A stretch of 64,000 nucleotides of DNA, taken from a virus. The notes under the pieces are model-generated. The model was not told where the DNA came from and ran no database searches. It was given only the letters and a program-made list of their open reading frames with translations. Positions 27,725 through 35,736 of this stretch are shown in pieces (the stretch's first letter is position 1; every line of letters begins with the position of its first letter). The translations under genes were made by a program, and so were the position numbers. The DNA lies in the IMG/VR virus record IMGVR_UViG_2509601026_000001; one strand, written 5' to 3'.

Positions 27725-28246
27725 TCAATTTGAGGGAGTTGCGAGATTGGATAGAGCTTCGTATAGCTCGGCCTTGGACATGCGGCTATAGCGGGGTAGC
27801 TCGATGCGCTTTGCGATCGCCCGCAGTTGGTTGCGGGACATTTGAGCAGTGACCATAGGAACAGGCTCAGCCTCGGCCTCGGCCCGGTCAGGTTCGGCCT
27901 CTACCACGGCGGTTGAAGCAACCTCGATGGTGGTAACAGAAGCCTCAGCAGGGGCCTCGGTAGCAGGCATGAGCAGAGCAATAGGACTAGCAGCAGGCAT
28001 GAGCTGGGCCGGGGGCTTGGCGACGGCAGGCAGTGCAGAGACAACCTGCAAGTCAATCCAGAGCTTGACCAGGATAAAGACGGTCGCCACGATGGCGTAA
28101 ACCACGGCGAAGGAGAACCGGGCCAGCCATGCAATCAACTGGGCGGCGGCGATCGCCTTCGGAGAGGCCCAGCGATATGCAGCGTAGAGAGTCGAAGCGA
28201 TTTGAAGGGTGTTGTCGGTAGAGTTGATCAGGGTAGCGTAAGTCAT
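27725..28246 (-). CDS. membrane protein with C-terminal Rho-N (HeH-like) domain
   Basis: TM segment, then MSRNQLRAIAKRIELPRYSRMSKAELYEAL; start reassigned to MTYAT. Confidence 0.65.
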   Translation of the reverse strand: MTYATLINSTDNTLQIASTLYAAYRWASPKAIAAAQLIAWLARFSFAVVYAIVATVFILVKLWIDLQVVSALPAVAKPPAQLMPAASPIALLMPATEAPAEASVTTIEVASTAVVEAEPDRAEAEAEPVPMVTAQMSRNQLRAIAKRIELPRYSRMSKAELYEALSNLATPSN

Positions 28247-28383
28247 TTGAAGTTTCCTTTGCCCGTGTAGAGAGTGGGCACTAATGGTGAATAGATGCCG
28301 TGAAGAGATTGGCATCTTGATCCACAGAATAACCCCCAAGCCTCGGAGAGGCAAGGGGGTCAATTTTGGATTTTAGAAATAGC

Positions 28384-28830
28384 CTATGGATAGTTGAGCA
28401 GGTTGTTTGCAGTAGCGTAATACCACGAACTGGCAACAACCTCACCATGGCAATTGAACGGATAGTCAGCTTCGTCAAGAATACCGTGGACGCAGAAATT
28501 TTCCTTGTAGCAAAAACAGCCTAATTGGCTGTCTGTGTCCAGCGATCGAAGCTCATCAAGCACAGCTTGACGAGTCGGAAAGTGAAAGTTTGCAACGGTA
28601 GAAGCGTTGAGTTCAGCCTTCAGGTATTCGGCGGCAGCTTGGGGCTGCATCCGGTCCTTCAAAACAAGTTTTATGTAGGCCCTGAACAGCTTCACGCATT
28701 GTTTGCGGTCGGCAACAGTTCTGCCAACCGGGAATGGATTGGCCAGGGCTGATTGGGCCTTGCCCTTGCCGCCGCGCCCAATGTAATGGGCCAGTGGAGT
28801 TGAGCCAATGGTAGTAATAATCATGGGCAT
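28384..28830 (-). CDS. DUF4326 domain protein
   Basis: YIGRG...ALANPF...LGCFC...HGEV. Confidence 0.75.
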   Translation of the reverse strand: MPMIITTIGSTPLAHYIGRGGKGKAQSALANPFPVGRTVADRKQCVKLFRAYIKLVLKDRMQPQAAAEYLKAELNASTVANFHFPTRQAVLDELRSLDTDSQLGCFCYKENFCVHGILDEADYPFNCHGEVVASSWYYATANNLLNYP

Positions 28831-28900
28831 TAGAGATGAATTGCGATCGCAGATAGAACCCTCATCCCCTCGGAGAGGGGAGAGGGTAGTTAGTCAAAGT

Positions 28901-29095
28901 TTAGAACCAGATGGTGCTAAATTCTCCTGCGTAATAAGTGCCAAGATAACGACGGCGGGGACCAGTCAAGATGTTGATAAGATCGTCTTTGTCAGGCTCA
29001 AGCCAGATGTCTCGATAGCCACGCTGAAGCAGTTGATCGATCACCTGGGAGATTGAGCCTTGTATGTCAAAGTCATGGGTAAAGTCAGGTTTCAT
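28901..29095 (-). CDS. hypothetical protein
   Basis: single ORF between hairpins. Confidence 0.65.
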   Translation of the reverse strand: MKPDFTHDFDIQGSISQVIDQLLQRGYRDIWLEPDKDDLINILTGPRRRYLGTYYAGEFSTIWF

Positions 29096-29166
29096 AGGTG
29101 ATAGAAATGAGATGAGCGATCGCTAAAAAACCCCCTGGACCCCGGAGGGGCCAGAGGGTAAATGGA

Positions 29167-29595
29167 TTAAGCGGCGTTGCGAATGATGGCGGACAGTTGA
29201 GATCTGATGTCTTTTTCAGGGGTGATATGAATAACGCCCCAGAGGTCCAGGCCAAGCCGTTTATAGGCAGTCGCAAGCTGAGCTTGCTTCCTGGCCTTGG
29301 CGGCTAAAGCTCGGTCGTTAAGAGTAATGTCAAGGCCGATTACATGGCCTAGATAGAGGATCACTGCATCTAGCCCAAAGACTAGATCCAAATATTCTGT
29401 TGGCGGAATTTCTAGCTCACCAAAGATTTGATTGAGGTGAAATTCAGCCGCTTCAATGCGGGCAGAAGGAATGCAGTCGGCAGCGACATTTTGTAAGATG
29501 GCCAGGTCAAAGTAGATTGGCTTAGCTCTAAGAGCCTTGAGTTCAGACATAGTGTTTTGCTCTGCGGTCAGAGCAGCAAGAGAGCCGTAGGTCAT
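29167..29595 (-). CDS. hypothetical protein
   Basis: single ORF between hairpins. Confidence 0.65.
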   Translation of the reverse strand: MTYGSLAALTAEQNTMSELKALRAKPIYFDLAILQNVAADCIPSARIEAAEFHLNQIFGELEIPPTEYLDLVFGLDAVILYLGHVIGLDITLNDRALAAKARKQAQLATAYKRLGLDLWGVIHITPEKDIRSQLSAIIRNAA

Positions 29596-29682
29596 AGTAG
29601 GTTATGGCGATTGCTTGAAATGAGCGATCGCCAAAAGAACCCCCCTAGCCCCGGAGGGGTAGGAGGGTCATTGGTTTAGGGA

Positions 29683-30183
29683 TTAGACAATTTGCCCACG
29701 GATACCAGCGGCCTTAGCGGCCTGGACCCGACCGGCAGCAATAGAAACGCTAGCCTTCAGGTCAAACTGGGCAGGAGCAACTGAGATAGTTGCAGAAAGT
29801 TCGTGGTCAAAGATAACTTGCAAAAGACGAACAGCCGCACCCTCTACATCAGTAGTAGGGCAGACCACAACAATCTCGTCGCCGGAATACCAGCGAAACA
29901 AGGAGTTTGAGCCACGAGAAGAACGAAAGCAGGCAAGGGCAGAACGAATGCGATCGTCTACAGCTTCGTAGCCCAACTCGTCGTTGAGCTGGTGGATGTG
30001 GTCAAGGTCAAAAAAGATGACGGAGTAGCGACCGTGACGCAACCTGGCCCAGAGTAATTCAAGCCTCTGGCGAGTGCCGACCCCATAGGCCGGGCAGGTG
30101 GTCAGGACATCTACTACCTTACGGTGGTAGATGTAGAAGGAGATAAAGCCAGCAATATAAGCAATGATGGCAACAAGAATCAT
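29683..30183 (-). CDS. membrane-anchored GGDEF-domain protein
   Basis: N-terminal TM helix; IFFDLDHIHQLNDELGYEAVD; RWYSGDEIVV. Confidence 0.8.
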   Translation of the reverse strand: MILVAIIAYIAGFISFYIYHRKVVDVLTTCPAYGVGTRQRLELLWARLRHGRYSVIFFDLDHIHQLNDELGYEAVDDRIRSALACFRSSRGSNSLFRWYSGDEIVVVCPTTDVEGAAVRLLQVIFDHELSATISVAPAQFDLKASVSIAAGRVQAAKAAGIRGQIV

Positions 30184-30264
30184 GGCAATTAAGTAGGCAG
30201 TGCGATCGCCAAAAAGCCCCCACCCCATAGGGGCAGGGGCAGACTCAAGGAGAGGGATTAGGCG

Positions 30265-30585
30265 TTAGTTGTCCAATGCACACTTGGACTGTTCAGCCCA
30301 GTTCTTAGCTTTGGCAATGCATGTTTCGTAGTCAGTGGCCTTGAGGTAGCTGTGGTCGATGGTCGTATCAGCGCCAGGGTCAACGGGGTTGACAATAGGC
30401 TGGTCAACCGCATTGTTGTCCAATGCACACTTGGACTGTTCAGCCCAGGTCTTGGCATTGGCGATGCAGGTTTCGTAGGGAGTAGCAGCAACAACGGGAT
30501 GGACGGGAGCCGCAACAGCCACGACAGCAGCAACGATAGGAGCGGCAGCAGTGATGATTTGAACAGCGATGGAGATGGATTTCAT
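30265..30585 (-). CDS. secreted protein with duplicated Cys motif
   Basis: signal peptide; YETCIA.AK.WAEQSKCALDN occurs twice. Confidence 0.7.
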   Translation of the reverse strand: MKSISIAVQIITAAAPIVAAVVAVAAPVHPVVAATPYETCIANAKTWAEQSKCALDNNAVDQPIVNPVDPGADTTIDHSYLKATDYETCIAKAKNWAEQSKCALDN

Positions 30586-30701
30586 AGTTGATAAGTCCTT
30601 GTAGGTTAGGTGTGTTATTCGCAACAAGTGAAGGTTGCGATCGCCAAAAGAACCCCCTGGTCCCCGGAGGGGCCAGAGGGTAAAGGTCTAGTCGGAGTCA
30701 G

Positions 30702-30920
30702 TTAGTTCGAGTAGGCGGCGCAAACCTCGGCAGCCAGCGCTAATAGCTCGGCTACCTCGGGGTCAGCCTCATGGCCAGGGTTGATGACCGTGGCTTCTCC
30801 GCAGAGAACAACCGCTTCGCTATAACCAGGCAGGGCAACGATGCCCTTGCCGGAAGCATGAGAGGCAGCGGCGCACAGGAAGATAAACAGAGGGACAATA
30901 AAGGCGATAATGAGTTTCAT
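30702..30920 (-). CDS. small secreted protein
   Basis: signal peptide MKLIIAFIVPLFIFLCAAASHA. Confidence 0.65.
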   Translation of the reverse strand: MKLIIAFIVPLFIFLCAAASHASGKGIVALPGYSEAVVLCGEATVINPGHEADPEVAELLALAAEVCAAYSN

Positions 30921-30994
30921 GGCAATTGCAAGTAGAGATTGCGATCGCCAAAAGAACCCTCACCGTCCCCGGAGGGGCGGGAGGGTCATAGGGC

Positions 30995-31084
30995 TTAGTC
31001 GGTAGTGAATCGGTAAACGATGCCGAGCATGGCACCGCCGACAGTCAGGGAATAGAGAACAGCCAGTAGGCACTGAGTAATCAT
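30995..31084 (-). CDS. 29-aa hydrophobic peptide (not in ORF track)
   Basis: MITQCLLAVLYSLTVGGAMLGIVYRFTTD; attgccATG start; exactly fills the space between two hairpins. Confidence 0.6.
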   Translation of the reverse strand: MITQCLLAVLYSLTVGGAMLGIVYRFTTD

Positions 31085-31160
31085 GGCAATGAGAGATATA
31101 GATTGCGATCGCCAAAAGAACCCTCATCCCCTCGGAGAGGGGAGAGGGTAAGGCGAGTCG

Positions 31161-31334
31161 CTAGAAGGCGATAAGGTCATAGTCGGATGGAACAGGCCGA
31201 ACGATAGGCTGGCGCATAGAGACTTGAACCTCGGCACCATCGGCCATAGCGGCCAGTGCAACCTGACGGTTGGTGGTGCAGTAGGTTTCAAAGCAACCAG
31301 TCGATTCGGCGTGGATAACGTGATAGTCGAACAT
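31161..31334 (-). CDS. hypothetical protein, first gene of early array
   Basis: start reassigned to MFDYHVIH, ~30 bp after hairpin at 31382. Confidence 0.6.
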   Translation of the reverse strand: MFDYHVIHAESTGCFETYCTTNRQVALAAMADGAEVQVSMRQPIVRPVPSDYDLIAF

Positions 31335-31477
31335 GATAGATAGAGGATGACAACACCCAGTGAAGAACCCTCGTCGTCCCCGGAGGGGCGAGAGGGATAG
31401 GGATAGTGCGATCGGCAGTGGGCCAGCGTAGCCAGCCATGCGATCGTATAGCGTCCCCAGAGGGGAATCGCTAGGGG

Positions 31478-31672
31478 TCAGCCCCGGCCCCCAGTCTTGG
31501 GGTCAGGTCAACCCCCAGCCCCTACCAGGGGAGAGACTACCCCCACCCCTAGCAAGGGGCCTCGCACCCTAGCCCTGGTCCCAGGGAACTGGTCAGCCCC
31601 AGCCCCACTCATGGGACTCCACCCCCCCGGCCCCCTCAAGGGGAGCCACTACCCCTAGCCCCTAGCAAGGGG
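31478..31672. repeat. seven degenerate tandem units, 27-29 bp period
   Basis: units end at 31502, 31531, 31559, 31586, 31615, 31643, 31672; each C-run, 1-3 nt, CCCC-loop-GGG(G). Confidence 0.85.
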
Positions 31673-31847
31673 AACGGTACTCTGCTGTGGGTCTACCATG
31701 CGATCGGAACGCTCACACCGCAGCCCGGTCGGCCTGCGTCAGACAGAGGTTAGCGGCCTGGTCCATGCGGCGATCGCCACCTGGCCAGCGATGACCCGTC
31801 GCAGTCTCCCTATGCTCGACATGCGATCGCTAACCCGTGGGCATCGG

Positions 31848-31925
31848 GGATCATAAAAAAATACCCCTTTTTGCCCACGGCAAGAGATATCGAGATCCCT
31901 TCTCTCCTCTCACCCCCAAATTGCC
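31848..31925. repeat. 78-bp perfect inverted repeat, left copy
   Basis: exact reverse complement of 36424-36501 on base-by-base comparison. Confidence 0.95.
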
Positions 31926-32183
31926 ATTTCGTTTTGACAGTTTTAACTAGAAAACCGAAAAGAGGGAATAGGTGAAGAGGAGAATGGGAAAAGATTGTAA
32001 TCTACTGAAAAAATTAGATTAACAAACAGAAATGCCGCCGACCTACAGGGAGAAAGATCGACGGCATTCTGTGAGTTGAGGGCCGGAGTTGCCTTTCCAA
32101 AGGCATTGTCTCTCCGGTTGAGACGATTATAACTTCAAGATGGGAAAAGCATCAACAGGTTTCAGGAATTTTTCAGGACATTG

Positions 32184-35100
32184 TTAGGAGTAAAACTGAA
32201 TTTCCTCGTTGACTTTCTTTCCACGCCTTGCAATTTCTTGAAGTGCAGCATTGTCTCCAACAGCTTGCGCCTGACGATAAGCATTTCTGAGGCCTTCGAG
32301 CTGGCCTTGGAGTCGGCCAACATGTTCAGAACGAAACTGTGGATTATGGTTTAGCTCTCGGCTTTTAAGAGTTGTGCCCTGATTGAGCATGATGGCTCGT
32401 TGTCTAGGGTCTTGAGGCAGCTGTTTAACTCCGGGCGGCAAGTAGGAGACGGAATAGACACCGTTACCAGTGGCTTCAGGGAACGGATTAGCAGGCTGGG
32501 CCTGGGTACGCTGAACGACCGGGCCGGACGGACCACCCTGCGGGATGATCATAGAGCCAACCTGCCGTCTGGCCTGGGCCACTTCATCAGCGATCGCCTG
32601 GTTTCGGACGATCTGAGCATTAGAGTCCTGCGCCCATTGCCGCTGAGCGGGGCTGAGGGCCGACCCAGAGGCCGGAGTAACGACCCTGGGGACCGGAATA
32701 TTAGCCGTAGGCACCCCGGCCATGTTGGTCGCCTGAGCATTGAGGTTTGCAATCAGGCTTTGCCCGCCCATTCCGCGGACTCCCCCTACAATTTCCTCTC
32801 TAGGAACTGGAGCTTGCCGAAAAACGGTAGGTGACTGGAGCACCTGAGAGGCGAGGGCCTGGATTTGGCCAGCCTGGGCAGAGCTTGCAGGGGCAACCTG
32901 GCGAGATGCCGCCATGTCACGGGCCATCTGGGCACGAACCTCTTGCAGTGTGATGCTGGGCTGCCCCAGCCAGTCGGCTTCTGCCTGAGATAAAGAGTCG
33001 AGCTGCCCGGTTTGGCGGTTAAACTGACGTCGAGCAGTGGGCAGACCACCCATCGCGTTTACTTCGGTCAGGTTCAGGGCATGTAGACCCCGCTGCCGCC
33101 GCTGAGCATTGAGCTGACCCAGCTCATCAAGAGGAACTTGGACAGCTGCATAGTCAGGAGAGGTGTTGACGTTCCAACCTTCGGCCCTGGCCTGCTCGAT
33201 TTCGGCACGGGCTGCGGCAAGTTTGTCTTCTGCGTTGGTGTGACGCAGTTCTCTGTACCGAGACGGGGCAGAGCCAGAGCCGACGCTGACAAAATCGTAG
33301 GGCTGGGCAGTCATGGCACCGCCACCAGCACCCTGCACAACCGTACCGGGGTTGATGATCTGCACATTGCCTCGGCTATCGGTCAGGTATTGAACCCCGG
33401 TCCTGACCTGATTGTGCTTAACGGTGGGGTCGACCTGGTGCAATGCCCTGAAGACTGGCTCAGTGCTGCGCCAAGCTGGACTATCGGGGGGGGCAGACAG
33501 TACGCCAGCATCTTCATCCATGTGCTTTGTGATGATGCTGGAGCTATCAGGAGAGCCATAGAGGCGATAGCCTTGCTTCTGCAACGCTTCGATCGGTACA
33601 TCCTGGCCATTAACCCGGACGGACCGGGCCGACGGGGCAGACTGGGGCAGGGACAATACCTGACGTACAGGATTCTGTTGGTTCCGTCGTAAGACCTCTT
33701 CGAGCGGCAGATCCTCGGTGACGACATTGGACCCCTGACGAGTCTTGGTCGTTAGGAAGTCGGGCATCTCACCCATTTCGTCAAAGGCTCTTTGAATGTT
33801 GCCCTGCAATGCCTGCTGGCTATTCATGAGCGAAATGACCCGCTCTTGGCCAACACGGGCCTGAATCTTCTTGGACATCAAATCGTCCAACTGGCCTTGC
33901 AGGTAGTCAACAGGTAGACCTTGCTGCTGCCGTTGCAGTGCAAGATTGCTGATCGCCTCATAGGCCGCATCGCCACCAGCTGCATCATATTGATCCAGTG
34001 CTCGGGTAACGTTGCCTTCTTCAAAGGCTAGTTTTTTGCGAATCAGGGCCGGGGCATCATAGAGGGCATCGCCGGGGAAGGTTGGATCGTCTGCGAAGTA
34101 GCGGGGGTTCTCCGAGCTGAACGGAGTCGGCAGCCGAGTAGGCTGGTCAGGCGAAGGCGCATCGATCGACATCCAAGCGGGCTTAGGCTCTAGCGAAGTA
34201 AATGGGCTGTAAATGTCTGAGCGAGTCGCAACATAAGCGTTCTGGTTCAGACCGTACTGGCCGGGACCACGAACGGCAGGCCTAACGCTGCCTCCGCTAC
34301 GCTGACCGTTGTCGAGAAAGCCAAGGCCGGGGATGACTCGGTTGCTTTCGTCAGTGGCAGTAAGGCTGTAGTTAGGTTGCCTTGAGCCGGAGATAAACCC
34401 ATACTCGGCCTCTCGGGCCTCGGGCACCACATAGGTCGTGTTCAGATTTAGGTCAGTGGTCACAGGCTGAGAGCTGGCAGCAATCCGAGCACGGGCAGCA
34501 GCGTCATTGCTGGCCAGCGCATCATCCCTGATGCTCCGTTGTAGGTGCATGTTGGCCAGGGATTCGGCCTGGGCCTGCTGGCCTCGGGCGGCGAGGAATG
34601 GGGTAGTCTCTGCCCCTCGGGTAAATGCAGCGTCGTAAGCGTTCCCGGTCAAAGAAAGGACCGGATTGCCGCTGGTCGGAGCCGGATAGCTGCGGCTGTC
34701 TAGATCGTCGCTGGTCTTGCCTGGTTGCCAGCCTGATACCCTATCTCGGGTATCGATCGCTTCTGAGTAGGTGCGAGGGACCAAGGTACGAGTCGCGGCG
34801 GAATGAATACCCTCATCCATGCCGACCAAGCGAGGAACTTCAGACGCATCTACGAGAGTTGACCCACCGGCACCCGTAAACACGTTGCCGTCCGGGTCGG
34901 TCCCCTGGTACATAAATCGGTTCGGCACATCCTGCACGGTTCCCGGATTTGTCCAGGCATAGGGGGAAGATGTGGGAAAGACCGGGTATTGTCTGCCGCT
35001 GGCAATGTTGCCGTAGACATCAGTAAGCGTTTGACTAACATCGACACCGGGGCTATAGCCGCCAGCGATCGCCTGCGGCCCGCCCATCTTGTCGATGAGG

Positions 35101-35678
35101 CCGGGGGCACCGGAGGCACCACCTAGATAGTCAGCAGCAGCACGACCAGCCAAACCTCCCTGGGTAAAGTCAACATTGGTCCGTGCCCCAGTTACCGAGT
35201 CAACGCCCAGGTTATAGGGCATGTTGTATTTGGCAGAGGTTGCAGCGCCTGGGTTGGCCCCAACAATGCGATCGTAGAGGCCTGGAAACTCTTTCTGAAA
35301 GCCGCCCGCTACAGGAGAACCATCGGGTGCAGTACTGCCCAGCGACCCCCAGGGCATCTCTGGACGGTAGACCGTTTCATCCGAGCCGGGAACGCTTAGC
35401 CGAGATGGATAAAGCTCTGTGGCATAGGAACCTTGACTCGGGTAGCTGGCCCTTGCCGCAGGGGCGGGGGAGCCGGTCGGCCCGTCATAGTCAGCCTGCA
35501 AGGAATTTAGAAAAGCATTCTCCTGGCTGGTGCGCTGCCTATAGGGCTTTGCTTCGATTCGCTGGACCCGTCCAACTCGGGCATCGCCAGCAGCAGCCAG
35601 TTTTTGAGCCAGTGACCCCGATTGACCGTCTAGAAAAGCGGTCAGGTTAGTAATTTTTTGAAGCGCCATGTTACCCAA
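32184..35678 (-). CDS. large low-complexity protein (1164 aa), possibly virion/ejection
   Basis: G/A/P/Q-rich, no recognisable enzymatic motif. Confidence 0.75.
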   Translation of the reverse strand: MGNMALQKITNLTAFLDGQSGSLAQKLAAAGDARVGRVQRIEAKPYRQRTSQENAFLNSLQADYDGPTGSPAPAARASYPSQGSYATELYPSRLSVPGSDETVYRPEMPWGSLGSTAPDGSPVAGGFQKEFPGLYDRIVGANPGAATSAKYNMPYNLGVDSVTGARTNVDFTQGGLAGRAAADYLGGASGAPGLIDKMGGPQAIAGGYSPGVDVSQTLTDVYGNIASGRQYPVFPTSSPYAWTNPGTVQDVPNRFMYQGTDPDGNVFTGAGGSTLVDASEVPRLVGMDEGIHSAATRTLVPRTYSEAIDTRDRVSGWQPGKTSDDLDSRSYPAPTSGNPVLSLTGNAYDAAFTRGAETTPFLAARGQQAQAESLANMHLQRSIRDDALASNDAAARARIAASSQPVTTDLNLNTTYVVPEAREAEYGFISGSRQPNYSLTATDESNRVIPGLGFLDNGQRSGGSVRPAVRGPGQYGLNQNAYVATRSDIYSPFTSLEPKPAWMSIDAPSPDQPTRLPTPFSSENPRYFADDPTFPGDALYDAPALIRKKLAFEEGNVTRALDQYDAAGGDAAYEAISNLALQRQQQGLPVDYLQGQLDDLMSKKIQARVGQERVISLMNSQQALQGNIQRAFDEMGEMPDFLTTKTRQGSNVVTEDLPLEEVLRRNQQNPVRQVLSLPQSAPSARSVRVNGQDVPIEALQKQGYRLYGSPDSSSIITKHMDEDAGVLSAPPDSPAWRSTEPVFRALHQVDPTVKHNQVRTGVQYLTDSRGNVQIINPGTVVQGAGGGAMTAQPYDFVSVGSGSAPSRYRELRHTNAEDKLAAARAEIEQARAEGWNVNTSPDYAAVQVPLDELGQLNAQRRQRGLHALNLTEVNAMGGLPTARRQFNRQTGQLDSLSQAEADWLGQPSITLQEVRAQMARDMAASRQVAPASSAQAGQIQALASQVLQSPTVFRQAPVPREEIVGGVRGMGGQSLIANLNAQATNMAGVPTANIPVPRVVTPASGSALSPAQRQWAQDSNAQIVRNQAIADEVAQARRQVGSMIIPQGGPSGPVVQRTQAQPANPFPEATGNGVYSVSYLPPGVKQLPQDPRQRAIMLNQGTTLKSRELNHNPQFRSEHVGRLQGQLEGLRNAYRQAQAVGDNAALQEIARRGKKVNEEIQFYS

Positions 35679-35736
35679 GAAGTAGAGTTCGGGGAGCCTC
35701 CACTAGGCATATTGTACGGCAGACTTAGAGGAAAGC

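Larger units (their letters stand above)
24113..31396. repeat. dense family of intergenic C-GGA-G hairpin elements, often HIP1-linked
   Basis: GGA loops at 24131, 24527, 25057, 25821, 26800, 27282, 28345, 28872, 29144, 29653, 30666, 30971, 31134, 31382; ATA-loop variant at 30227; typical form gcgatcgcc-aaaagaa-cccc..cccc-gga-gggg..gaggg. Confidence 0.92.

Noticed and set aside
24113-31396. Classical integron attC array
   Set aside because: No RYYYAAC/GTTRRRY core sites and no IntI-type tyrosine recombinase in the window; kept only as an analogy.
29683-31439. Upstream starts given by the ORF track for 30228, 31439, 28363 and 27265
   Set aside because: These extensions translate through the hairpin/HIP1 repeats; downstream ATGs fit the cassette pattern better.
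31478-31672. CRISPR array
   Set aside because: Units are only 27-29 bp in total and degenerate, with no constant repeat plus unique spacer pattern; no cas genes seen.
32184-35678. Virion RNA polymerase that would read the hairpins
   Set aside because: No single-subunit (DxxGR) or multisubunit (DFDGD) motifs, and low-complexity composition.
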